This document shows positions 1-8,622 of a stretch of DNA of 47,070 bases, in pieces. The notes beneath the pieces were generated by a model. That model searched no databases and was not told the origin of the DNA. It was given only the letters and a program-made list of their open reading frames with translations. Location: contig JAKANJ010000001.1 of NCBI GenBank assembly GCA_021823825.1, forward strand, positions 1 through 47,070, written 5' to 3'. Every line of letters begins with the position of its first letter. Position 1 is the first letter of the stretch. The position numbers and the translations under genes were made by a program. This DNA comes from a bacterium (GTDB lineage: Bacteria; Patescibacteriota; Minisyncoccia; Phycocordibacterales; UBA1550).

Positions 1-2
1 TT

Positions 3-1526
3 AAAGAGAGTGTCGCCCGTGCGGCTCTCGTCGCACCATTTGAACTTGCAGGGAAAACATTAAAGGTTGGCGTTTTTAAGCCAACAGAAACAAACACAAG
101 AGAAGCACTTGCGGACCTTGCGGAGCGCGGTTACACCATCGAAACCTATCTTGTTTCTCATGCAAGCCTTGAAAAGGTATGGGAACGTTACAAAGAAATT
201 TCCAGTTCAACAAAAAGTGAAGCTGGTGTTGTTGATATCTCAGATGAAAACATGGAGGACCTCGCAGACAGTTTTACGAACCTCTCAGACGTCTCAACCG
301 CCCTTGCTAACGTGATTACCGAGAAGACGGGTCGTCATATTTCAAAAATGTTCAACATTGTTCTTGCGGGTGCAATTGGTATCCGCGCGTCAGATATCCA
401 TGTTGAGCCAGCAGAAGATTCTGTACATATTCGATATCGTGTTGATGGTGTTCTCCATGAAGTTGCAACGCTCCCAACTACGATCTATCGCCAGTTTAGT
501 TCACGTATTAAATTGATGTCTGGGCTTAAACTCAACATAGGAGCAGAGAGCCAAGATGGTCGCTTTAGTATCAAAATGAAAAGTCTTGAGATTGAAATCC
601 GCGTATCACTTATTCCGGGCGCATACGGGGAGGGAGTGGTTATGCGTATTTTGAACCCCCTCTCCATCAATGTCACCTTAGAGGATCTTGGAATGAGCCC
701 TCAACTGCTTGCTATTGTGGACAGGGAAATCAACAAGCCTCACGGGATGATTCTCAACACTGGCCCTACAGGATCAGGTAAAACGACAACTCTCTACGCA
801 TTTCTTAAAAAGATTTATTCTCCGGAAATCAAAATGATGACCATTGAGGACCCTATTGAGTACCACATGAAAGGTGTTTCGCAAACCCAAGTTGAAGAAA
901 AAAAGGGTTACTCATTCCTTGAAGGACTTCGTGCCGCAATGCGCCAGGACCCTGACGTTATCATGGTTGGTGAAATTCGCGATGGTGAAACAGCAAAGGT
1001 CGCAATTAATGCCGCGCTCACTGGCCACATGGTCTTCTCAACACTGCACACCAACACAGCGGCAGGAACAATCCCCCGCCTTATTGAGCTTGGGGTTACC
1101 CCAAAGATTATCAGTTCTGCGCTTACGGTTGCTCTTGCGCAGCGTCTCTCCCGTAAGCTGTGTAGCGTTTGCAAAAAAGAAGACGTCCCAACAAAGGAAG
1201 AGCAAAAAATTATTGATGAAATGGCCGTTCGAATCCAGAAAAAAACAGGAGCTGTTGTACAAACAAAAAAAGTTTGGCGCGCGGTTGGTTGTACAAAATG
1301 TAACAATACTGGGTATAAAGGACGTGTTGGTATTTTTGAAGCCGTACTCATGACATCTGCTATTGAGTCGCTCCTTAACACAATTCCTAGTGAGCGCGAA
1401 ATCAGCGCAGCGGCGGAAGAACAAAAAATTCTCAACATGCAAGAGGATGGTATTGAGAAAATTTTGGCCGGTGTTACCTCCTTTGATGAGGTTGCACGTG
1501 TTGTTGATTTAGGAGAACGAGAATAG
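3..1526 (+). CDS. pilB: Type IV pilus / type II secretion assembly ATPase, PilB/GspE family (5' end runs off the window)
   Basis: The frame is open from base 3, with no stop before the listed ATG at 252. Motifs: Walker A GPTGSGKTTT, Walker B/Asp box DPDVIMVGEIRD, His box GHMVFSTLHTN, and C-terminal tetracysteine CSVC...CTKC followed by GYKGRVGIFE. Confidence 0.9.
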   Translation, partial: KESVARAALVAPFELAGKTLKVGVFKPTETNTREALADLAERGYTIETYLVSHASLEKVWERYKEISSSTKSEAGVVDISDENMEDLADSFTNLSDVSTALANVITEKTGRHISKMFNIVLAGAIGIRASDIHVEPAEDSVHIRYRVDGVLHEVATLPTTIYRQFSSRIKLMSGLKLNIGAESQDGRFSIKMKSLEIEIRVSLIPGAYGEGVVMRILNPLSINVTLEDLGMSPQLLAIVDREINKPHGMILNTGPTGSGKTTTLYAFLKKIYSPEIKMMTIEDPIEYHMKGVSQTQVEEKKGYSFLEGLRAAMRQDPDVIMVGEIRDGETAKVAINAALTGHMVFSTLHTNTAAGTIPRLIELGVTPKIISSALTVALAQRLSRKLCSVCKKEDVPTKEEQKIIDEMAVRIQKKTGAVVQTKKVWRAVGCTKCNNTGYKGRVGIFEAVLMTSAIESLLNTIPSEREISAAAEEQKILNMQEDGIEKILAGVTSFDEVARVVDLGERE

Positions 1527-1589
1527 TGCGCCTAAATTGTTTTTTAGAAGAGAGCGCGGTACTATAAGCAAACGGGATATAATAAAAAA

Positions 1590-1760
1590 TCCCACACATA
1601 AACCCCGAGCGGTTCTCGAATCACAAGGATCCGAGTGAGGAAACGGTCTAAGGATGGTAGTCGTGGTCGTCACACAAGGTGAAGCACCACTACGTCCTCG
1701 TCCGCGACCATGTAGTCCCCGAAGGGTCCAACCGCAAGAGGCTTATGTCTGGGATTTTTT
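1590..1760 (+). ncRNA. Candidate structured small RNA (rod-like, 6S-like architecture; family unassigned)
   Basis: A GC-rich island sits in an AT-rich spacer. TATAAT at 1578-1583 lies about 7 nt before the 5' arm. A 13-bp closing helix (1589-1601 with 1743-1755, one mismatch) extends via cc/gg and gcgg/ccgc. Inner helices are 1627-1632/1724-1729 and 1651-1661/1689-1698. A T6 run at 1755-1760 ends it. The only ORF here (MVVVVVTQGEAPLRPRPRP...) is implausible. Confidence 0.35.
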
Positions 1761-1819
1761 AAAACAACAAAATGACCATCAAGTCATTTGTACATACACA
1801 CTAGCACAAAACATTTTTT

Positions 1820-2854
1820 ATGTCAAGTACCCCACCAAACAACCCTTTGCAGAGCTCAAACAAAGAAGATTTTTCATTCCTTGATCAAGCCTTGCGTCCA
1901 AGTCGTTTTGACGAATACGTAGGACAAGAAACAATCAAAAACAATCTTAAAATTCTTCTCCAAGCTGCCCGCGAGCGAGCACATCCGCCAGAACACCTTC
2001 TTTTTTATGGTCCTCCAGGGCTCGGAAAAACAACCCTGGCGCATCTTATCGCAAATGAAATTGGGTGTCAAGTCAAGTCCACTTCTGGTCCAGCCATTGA
2101 AAAAGTTGGGGATTTGGCCTCAATTCTTACAAACCTTTCACCTGGTGATATTCTCTTTATTGATGAAATTCATCGTCTCAATAAAACAATTGAGGAGGTG
2201 CTGTACCCCGCGATGGAGTCTGGTGTTCTTGATATCATTATTGGTAAAGGACCCTCCGCACGTACCATTCAACTCGATTTGCCCCCCTTCACAATGATTG
2301 CAGCTACCACACGTATTGCACTTCTCTCCGCACCGCTTCGTTCTCGGTTCTCTGGTGGAACATTTCGTCTTGAATTTTATACAGATGAAGAAATTGAAAA
2401 GATCGTACACCGCTCTGCGGGTATTCTGGGTGTTACCCTTGTAGACGACGCGGCACGACAAATTGCTGAGAGAAGCCGCTCTACACCAAGAACCGCAAAT
2501 TACTTATTAAAACGAGCTCGTGACTATGCGCAGGTCCAAAAGAGTGACCTTTCATCAAGATCAGTTGTTGAAGCGCTTTCACTCCTTGAAATTGACCATT
2601 TTGGGTTGACTGCTTTGGATAGAAAAATTCTTGAAACGATTGTCCAAAAATTTAATGGTGGGCCAGTTGGTTTAAGCACAATTGCAGCCGCACTTTCTGA
2701 AGAAATGGCAACCATTGAAGAGGTAAATGAGCCTTATTTAATTCAGCGAGGACTCCTTGAGCGAACACCCCGTGGTCGCATCGCTACACGTCTTGCCTAC
2801 GAGCATCTTGGCTTAGAGTACCCAGAAGAACTTGCGAAAAGGTTGTTTTCATAA
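1820..2854 (+). CDS. ruvB: Holliday junction branch-migration helicase RuvB
   Basis: Motifs: [15 protein letters not shown] (Walker A), [10 protein letters not shown] (Walker B), sensor ATTR. The C-terminal winged-helix region ends PRGRIAT, typical of RuvB. 344 aa. Confidence 0.97.
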   Translation: MSSTPPNNPLQSSNKEDFSFLDQALRPSRFDEYVGQETIKNNLKILLQAARERAHPPEHLLFYGPPGLGKTTLAHLIANEIGCQVKSTSGPAIEKVGDLASILTNLSPGDILFIDEIHRLNKTIEEVLYPAMESGVLDIIIGKGPSARTIQLDLPPFTMIAATTRIALLSAPLRSRFSGGTFRLEFYTDEEIEKIVHRSAGILGVTLVDDAARQIAERSRSTPRTANYLLKRARDYAQVQKSDLSSRSVVEALSLLEIDHFGLTALDRKILETIVQKFNGGPVGLSTIAAALSEEMATIEEVNEPYLIQRGLLERTPRGRIATRLAYEHLGLEYPEELAKRLFS

Positions 2855-2941
2855 TTAAAATTGGGACTATTTAGTTACAAATTTAGGGTATTGTCTCTAT
2901 CTAAATTTTTAGCTATGCTGGCAGTATAAAATATACATATC

Positions 2942-3472
2942 ATGTCAGGACACAATAAATGGTCACAAATTAAGAATAAAAAAGCTGTAACGGACAGCAA
3001 AAGAAGTAAGATTTTTGGTAAATACTCAAAACTTATAGCTCTTGAGGCAAAGAAGTCTGCTGGAAACATGGCTTCTTCGGGGCTTCGTGCTGTTATTGAG
3101 CGCGCTCGTAAAGACAATATGTCCAACGATCTTATTGACCGGGCGGTGAAAAAAGGCGCTGGTGGCGATGCGGGGAACATGGAGGCAGTACTCTACGAAG
3201 CTTATGGTCCTGGGGGGTGTGCCATTCTCATTGAAGGGCTGACAGATAATAAGAACCGCACTGTCGCAGAAATAAAACATCTTCTTTCAAAACATAATCT
3301 TGCTCTTGCCGGTCAAGGTGCGGCAATTTGGGCGTTTACAAAAACATCAGAAGGTTATGAGCCCCAAACCACTGTTACTCTTTCTGAGGAAGACGGTGAG
3401 GCGCTCTCTACCCTCCTTGAGGAGCTTGATGACCACGATGATGTTCAGGAAGTGTACACAAACGCCGAATAA
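2942..3472 (+). CDS. yebC: YebC/PmpR-family protein, shortened form (176 aa)
   Basis: The N-terminus MSGHNKWSQIKNKKAVTDSKRSKIFGK, then YEAYGPGGCAILIEGLTDNKNRTVAEI and the C-terminal DDVQEVYTN match YebC hallmarks. About 60 residues of the middle domain are absent. Confidence 0.85.
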   Translation: MSGHNKWSQIKNKKAVTDSKRSKIFGKYSKLIALEAKKSAGNMASSGLRAVIERARKDNMSNDLIDRAVKKGAGGDAGNMEAVLYEAYGPGGCAILIEGLTDNKNRTVAEIKHLLSKHNLALAGQGAAIWAFTKTSEGYEPQTTVTLSEEDGEALSTLLEELDDHDDVQEVYTNAE

Positions 3473-3541
3473 TTTTTTACAACCCCTAAGACCACTTTTC
3501 CTTTTTGCCGTTTTTTAATTTTGTCGTGTTACACTATTGTC

Positions 3542-4024
3542 ATGCGAATCATTGCAATTGATCCTGGGTATGAGCGTCTCGGTATTGCGATTCTTTCTCG
3601 TGGCGATAATGGTGAGAAAAAAGAGACACTTCTTTTTTCAGAGTGTTATAAAACAAAATCCTCGCTAAATTTTTTTGACCGTCTTGAGCTTATTGGACGT
3701 GAGGTTGAGCGTGTCGTGCGTGAATACTCTCCCAAAGCTCTTGCTATTGAAAACTTGTTCATTGAGACAAACCAAAAAACGGCAATGCGCGTTGCGGAAG
3801 CGCGCGGGGCGATTTTGTACCAAGCTCGTGTTTTAGGCTTAGAAATTTTTGAATATACACCCCTGCAAATCAAAGTGGCAACAACAAGCTACGGCCGCGC
3901 CTCAAAAGAGCAGGTAATGACTATGGTTCGCCAGCTTGTTTCAGGTGCGAATAACATAAAACAAGATGATGAGATGGACGCAATTGCAATTGGCCTTACT
4001 CATTTTGCCTACGAGAAGCCATAA
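3542..4024 (+). CDS. ruvC: Crossover junction endodeoxyribonuclease RuvC
   Basis: MRIIAIDPGYERLGIAIL (catalytic Asp), ALAIENLF (catalytic Glu), and a C-terminal DDEMDAIAIGLTH acidic pair. The ATG at 3542 is preferred over the TTG at 3521. Confidence 0.9.
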   Translation: MRIIAIDPGYERLGIAILSRGDNGEKKETLLFSECYKTKSSLNFFDRLELIGREVERVVREYSPKALAIENLFIETNQKTAMRVAEARGAILYQARVLGLEIFEYTPLQIKVATTSYGRASKEQVMTMVRQLVSGANNIKQDDEMDAIAIGLTHFAYEKP

Positions 4025-4063
4025 AAAGCTATATTTTACAAGGTTTTTGATGTTTTTTACCCA

Positions 4064-4083
4064 TCGTCCACAGGTTATCCACA
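4064..4083. promoter_or_regulatory. Two tandem DnaA-box-like 9-mers (TCGTCCACA, TTATCCACA)
   Basis: A perfect consensus TTATCCACA lies at 4075-4083 and a 7/9 match at 4064-4072. Both are in the ruvC-downstream spacer, about 100 nt upstream of the small acidic ORF. Confidence 0.5.
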
Positions 4084-4186
4084 GGTGGCAATAAATAGCC
4101 TTGCAGAGAAAAACTCTTTTTGCTACAACTATGTGGTCTGGAGCAAAAATCCTCTCCAAAGACAACTAATTTTTAAACATTATAAT

Positions 4187-4324
4187 ATGAGCGACGAAGA
4201 AATAATTGAAATTAACCCAGATGAACTTGATGAGAACGAACTCTTTTTAGATGATGATCTTGATATGGAAGAGGAATTGGATGAAAATGAAGACCTTGGT
4301 ATAAATTTTGGTCTTGATGAATAG
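4187..4324 (+). CDS. Small, extremely acidic protein (45 aa), function unknown
   Basis: An ATG ORF encodes MSDEEIIEINPDELDENELFLDDDLDMEEELDENEDLGINFGLDE. A bidirectional terminator follows directly. No family recognised. Confidence 0.4.
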   Translation: MSDEEIIEINPDELDENELFLDDDLDMEEELDENEDLGINFGLDE

Positions 4325-4342
4325 TGATTGCTATATTGCAAA

Positions 4343-4372
4343 CAAAAACCGGCTTCAGCGCCGGTTTTTTGT
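4343..4372. terminator. Bidirectional intrinsic terminator between the acidic ORF and tyrS
   Basis: aaaaaCCGGCttcagcGCCGGtttttt: a GC stem flanked by an A-run and a T-run, between convergent genes. Confidence 0.7.
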
Positions 4373-4374
4373 TT

Positions 4375-5703
4375 CTAGTCTACCTGGACGAAACGCCTCT
4401 TCCCTATTTTATAAACACCAGGCGCTGCAGGTTTGTTAAAATCTGTAATTTTTTCTTCTCCTCCTTCTTTTAACAATTTTACTGCACCCTCATCCACGAG
4501 TCGCCTCCATTCACTTTTTGAAGAGAGTATTTCAGCGCGAACAAGTAGCTCTGAAAGAAGTTCCCCATTTTTCGCGGTTATTTTTTCTACCTCATCAGGG
4601 ATTTCTTTTTTTTGAAATGTCGCAATGAACACATCACGTGCCTTTGTCGCATTTTGGGAACCGTGATAAATAGAGACGATTTCCTCTGCGAGGTTGAGCT
4701 TAATGTCTCGTGGGTTTGTTTTTGCGTCTTTAAGTTTTTTCTCAATTTCCTCAACCCTTTTTGCGTCAGCAGAAGTACAAAGTTTGTAGTAGTTTAGAAT
4801 TACCGTGTCAGGAATAGACATAATTTTCCCAAAAATGTTTGTTGGGTCCTCACTGATGCCAATATAGTTATCGAGGCTCTTGCTCATTTTTTCTTTACCG
4901 TCGGTTCCCACAAGAATATCCATGCTCATTACCGCTTGCTCTGGTTGTGAGCTCGCTCTCATCACCTCGCGCCCCATAAGCATGTTGAATGTTTGGTCTG
5001 TACCGCCTATTTCCATACTACAATCCCCATATATCTTGTACAAAACATCAGAATCAATGCCTTGAAGCACGGGGTAAAGCATCTCATGCATAAAAAGTGG
5101 CCGCCCCTCTTTAATTCGCTCCTGGAACATGTCTCGCTCTATGAGTTGTGCTTGTGTTATATGTTTAAGCATCCAAAGAAGCCCCCTTAGGGTAACTCCA
5201 TGAACCGCGGTCTTACCAAGATGTGTTTTTTGCATCCTTGTGTTCTCATAAAGTTGAGATTTCTCTGCAAATGAGCCGCCTTCAAGATCTGTAACTGAAT
5301 AAAACCAGTCGGAATTTCGTATCCAGGAAAACACTTGGGGGTCGGTAGATAATATTTTACCTACCTGACTCAAATAACTCTCCATGTTTGCCTCAACCTC
5401 TTTTTGCTCAATCTCTGGCCGCACTTTACTTTTTCCAGTTGGGTCGCCGATTGATGCCGTAAAGTCTCCAACAAGAAAAACAACCTTGCATCCGATATTT
5501 TGGAATTTGCGTAATTTTTGAAGTACAACCGCGTGGCCAAGGTGTAGGTCGGGGCGTGTTGGGTCTACGCCAAATTTTATAATAATTTCCCCCACATCCT
5601 CGCCCTTTATTTTTTTGAGTAGTTTTTCTTTAAATGTGCCGTTTGGATCAACAAATGTTGCAACTCCTCGCGTTAGTAGGTCGTCTAATTCTTCAACTTT
5701 CAT
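4375..5703 (-). CDS. tyrS: Tyrosine--tRNA ligase
   Basis: HIGH-type motif PDLHLGHAV, KMSKS motif present verbatim, and a C-terminal S4-like domain (SKSEWRRLVDEGAVKL). 442 aa. Confidence 0.92.
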   Translation of the reverse strand: MKVEELDDLLTRGVATFVDPNGTFKEKLLKKIKGEDVGEIIIKFGVDPTRPDLHLGHAVVLQKLRKFQNIGCKVVFLVGDFTASIGDPTGKSKVRPEIEQKEVEANMESYLSQVGKILSTDPQVFSWIRNSDWFYSVTDLEGGSFAEKSQLYENTRMQKTHLGKTAVHGVTLRGLLWMLKHITQAQLIERDMFQERIKEGRPLFMHEMLYPVLQGIDSDVLYKIYGDCSMEIGGTDQTFNMLMGREVMRASSQPEQAVMSMDILVGTDGKEKMSKSLDNYIGISEDPTNIFGKIMSIPDTVILNYYKLCTSADAKRVEEIEKKLKDAKTNPRDIKLNLAEEIVSIYHGSQNATKARDVFIATFQKKEIPDEVEKITAKNGELLSELLVRAEILSSKSEWRRLVDEGAVKLLKEGGEEKITDFNKPAAPGVYKIGKRRFVQVD

Positions 5704-5824
5704 GTCCCCACTTTATCATAAATATAAACTATTGCCAATAAAATATTATTGTGGTACAGTCGCAATTCAACAACCATTTTTAAAAAGACTCTTTTTTATT
5801 TTTGTTGTATAATATAGCAACTAT

Positions 5825-8362
5825 ATGGCTCCTAAAAAACCCTCGCCTTTCATTAAAAAACAGCTTCATTTCCTTTCTCGCCACAAAAAAACAATCTTCC
5901 TTTTTTTTGTAGGATGTTTCTTCCTTTCAGCAGGAGCCTTTCTCTTGTGGGCATCGTTTATACCTCTTCCTGATTTTAATACTTTTAAAGACAGTAAAGT
6001 TGTAGAATCAACCCAAATTTATGATCGCACGGGTAAAATTCTTTTATACGACGTGCATCAAAATGTACAACGGACCGTTGTCCCCTTTGAAGATATTTCC
6101 CCTTGGCTTAAAAAGGCTGTGGTTTCAATTGAAGACTCTGGCTTCTACACCCATGGCCCTATTAGCTACACAGGACTCGCACGGGCAATCCTTTTCCTTG
6201 GAACGCGTGGTGGTGGGTCTACAATAACTCAGCAGGTTGTTAAAAAAACATTTCTTACTGATGACAAACTTATAACGAGAAAATTAAAGGAAATTGTTTT
6301 ATCGTTTAAGCTTGAGCAAGCATACACAAAAGATCAAATTCTCGGCCTCTATCTCAATGAAATTCCTTATGGAGGAAATATTTATGGGGTTGGACAAGCA
6401 AGCAGTGCATTTTTTGGTGTTGACCCAAAGGATCTCACTCTTGCTGAATCTGCATACCTTGCCGCTATCCCAAATGCTCCAACTTATTATTCACCCTACG
6501 GAAACCATAGGGATAAGCTTGATGAACGAAAGAATCTTGTTTTAAAGCAAATGCTTGATCTTGGCTATATTGATAACACAACATACCAACAAGCACTCAC
6601 AGAGAAAGTTACTTTCCTTCCTCGACAATCAACGGGTATTAAAGCTCCTCATTTTGTTGAGTGGGTAAAAGAGTATCTTGCAAATAAATATGGCGAACAA
6701 GCGGTTGAGGAAAATGGTTATAAGGTGATTACAACACTTGATTATACCCTTCAACAAAAAGCTGAGGATGTTATTGCTCAGTATGGCCCAAGTGTTGAAA
6801 AGAACTATAACGCAAAAAATATGGGGCTTATTGCTATTGACCCCAAAACGGGGCAAGTTCTTGCAATGGTGGGTTCTCGTAATTATTTTGATGTGCAAAA
6901 CCAGGGGAACTTTAACGTTACCCTTGCCGCAAACCGTCAACCAGGATCAACGTTTAAACCATTCGTGTACGCTACTGCTTTTATGAAGGGGTATACACCA
7001 GAAACAACGGTGTTTGACCTTCCTACAAACTTCAGCACAAACTGCGACGCTCACGGTGTTCCCCTCTCTCCCAATATTAAACCGTCAGATTGTTATATGC
7101 CGGTAAACTTTGATGGAAAATTCCTTGGTCCGGTTTCTCTTCGTGACGCACTTGCACAATCAAGAAATGTCCCATCAGTAAAAGTGTTATATCTTGCTGG
7201 GCTTAATGACTCTCTTAATACTGCAAAAAAAATGGGGGTTACAAATTTGGGTCCTGCTTCTCAATATGGGTTAACGCTTGTACTTGGTGGAGGGGAAGTT
7301 TCACTTATTGATATGACGAGTGCATATGGAGTTTTTGCAAATGATGGGGTTAGAAACCCGATTCAGTCAATCCTTAGTGTTGAAGATAAAAATGGAAATA
7401 TTGTTGAGCAGTATCAACCATCAAGCGAACAAGTGATTCCGAGTGAGGTTGCTCGTAAAATCACAAACATTTTAGCTGATAATGTTGCCCGAACACCAGA
7501 ATTTGGAGCAAACTCTGCGCTTTATTTCCCCAACCATGATGTTGCGGTAAAAACAGGTACAACAAATGATTATCGTGATGTCTGGACAATTGGATACACA
7601 CCGGATATTGCTGTTGGTATGTGGGCAGGAAATAACGACAACTCACCAATGCAAAAGAATATTGCAGGGTTTATTATTGCTCCAGTTTGGCATGCTTTTA
7701 TGGAAGAGGCGCTAAAACTTACCCCTGACGAACATTTTATCCCGCCTGCACCAGAAGATTTAACCACGCTTCCTGCTCCTCTTGCGGGAATCTGGCAAGG
7801 TGGTGAAAAATATATTATTGACACGGTTTCAGGTAAGCTTGCAACGCCAAATACACCAGAAGAAACAAAAAAGGTTGTTGTTGTCCCCGATGTGCACTCA
7901 ATTTTGTATTGGGTAAACAAAGACAATCCACTTGGACCACCCCCTGTAAACCCTCAAAATGACCCACAATTCAATCTTTGGGAAACACCAGTGCGTGAGT
8001 GGGTTGCTAAACAAAACATCAAGGAAGGCGATCGTAGTGGCATTCCAACCACATATGATGATGTCCATGTACCAGCGACGGCACCAAATCTTTCTGTTAC
8101 AGGTTCAGACCTCACACAACCCCATAATGCGAATGAGGTATTAAACCTCGTGGTGGCAAACACAAATATTTATCCATTAAAGAAGGCGACTCTTTATATT
8201 AATGGTCAGTTTGTAGAGGAAAAAGATAGTGAACCTTTTTCTTTCACTTTTACTCCATCAAATATTCCTTACATTTCAACAAATAATACCGTTTCTATTG
8301 TTGCGTATGATTCCATATATAATAAGGCTGTATTTACCGCACAATTAGCAGTACAACAATAG
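5825..8362 (+). CDS. Class A penicillin-binding protein (glycosyltransferase + transpeptidase) with C-terminal extension
   Basis: An N-terminal TM anchor, then GT51 motifs EDSGFYTH, GGSTITQQ and RKLKE. Transpeptidase motifs are STFKP (SxxK), SRN and KTGTT. An unassigned tail of about 200 aa follows. Confidence 0.93.
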   Translation: MAPKKPSPFIKKQLHFLSRHKKTIFLFFVGCFFLSAGAFLLWASFIPLPDFNTFKDSKVVESTQIYDRTGKILLYDVHQNVQRTVVPFEDISPWLKKAVVSIEDSGFYTHGPISYTGLARAILFLGTRGGGSTITQQVVKKTFLTDDKLITRKLKEIVLSFKLEQAYTKDQILGLYLNEIPYGGNIYGVGQASSAFFGVDPKDLTLAESAYLAAIPNAPTYYSPYGNHRDKLDERKNLVLKQMLDLGYIDNTTYQQALTEKVTFLPRQSTGIKAPHFVEWVKEYLANKYGEQAVEENGYKVITTLDYTLQQKAEDVIAQYGPSVEKNYNAKNMGLIAIDPKTGQVLAMVGSRNYFDVQNQGNFNVTLAANRQPGSTFKPFVYATAFMKGYTPETTVFDLPTNFSTNCDAHGVPLSPNIKPSDCYMPVNFDGKFLGPVSLRDALAQSRNVPSVKVLYLAGLNDSLNTAKKMGVTNLGPASQYGLTLVLGGGEVSLIDMTSAYGVFANDGVRNPIQSILSVEDKNGNIVEQYQPSSEQVIPSEVARKITNILADNVARTPEFGANSALYFPNHDVAVKTGTTNDYRDVWTIGYTPDIAVGMWAGNNDNSPMQKNIAGFIIAPVWHAFMEEALKLTPDEHFIPPAPEDLTTLPAPLAGIWQGGEKYIIDTVSGKLATPNTPEETKKVVVVPDVHSILYWVNKDNPLGPPPVNPQNDPQFNLWETPVREWVAKQNIKEGDRSGIPTTYDDVHVPATAPNLSVTGSDLTQPHNANEVLNLVVANTNIYPLKKATLYINGQFVEEKDSEPFSFTFTPSNIPYISTNNTVSIVAYDSIYNKAVFTAQLAVQQ

Positions 8363-8367
8363 TTTTA

Positions 8368-8622
8368 TTATTGAATCTCTGTATAAACACCTTCCCCTAG
8401 AGCCTTCTCTATTTGTTTTAATAGCTTGTTTTTTTGAAGAATTATTTCTGTTTTTATTATTGGGGGTGTTTTAATTAAAATTGTTTTTTTTGATAGTGTA
8501 ATTTGGTTGATTTTTACTGGTAGGCTCGCTTTATTAAAGATCTCTATTATTGCTTCTTTTTTAACCTTCTCTGTATTAGGAAGGTTTCTAAAGCGCTCTA
8601 ATAGTTGTTGAATAGGAATCAT
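8368..8622 (-). CDS. Small DUF721/DciA-like protein (tentative)
   Basis: The start overlaps the dnaN stop in a TAATG junction at 8620-8624, suggesting translational coupling. The pattern ITLSKKTILIKTPPIIKTEIILQKNKLLKQI resembles the DUF721 core. Position after dnaN is typical. Confidence 0.45.
   Translation of the reverse strand: MIPIQQLLERFRNLPNTEKVKKEAIIEIFNKASLPVKINQITLSKKTILIKTPPIIKTEIILQKNKLLKQIEKALGEGVYTEIQ

Noticed and set aside
874-1442. Three long ORFs (159, 176 and 134 aa) overlapping pilB in other frames or on the other strand
   Set aside because: They lie entirely inside a strongly motif-supported PilB/GspE coding region and show low-complexity or odd composition.
1590-1760. RNase P RNA or SRP RNA identity for the structured element (gaggaaac and ggcttat resemble P4-region strings)
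   Set aside because: At ~170 nt it is far too short for bacterial RNase P RNA. It lacks the other universally conserved blocks, and no GNRA-tetraloop/AGCA domain IV arrangement typical of SRP RNA could be placed.
1654-1884. 76-aa ORF (MVVVVVTQGEAPLRPRPRP...) spanning the pilB-ruvB spacer
   Set aside because: The composition is implausible. It overlaps the ruvB start and coincides with the GC-rich paired region that is better explained as a structured RNA.
5704-5824. A T-box leader upstream of tyrS
   Set aside because: The spacer is only ~120 nt and is shared with the divergent PBP promoter. No specifier-loop/T-box sequence or terminator/antiterminator pair is visible.
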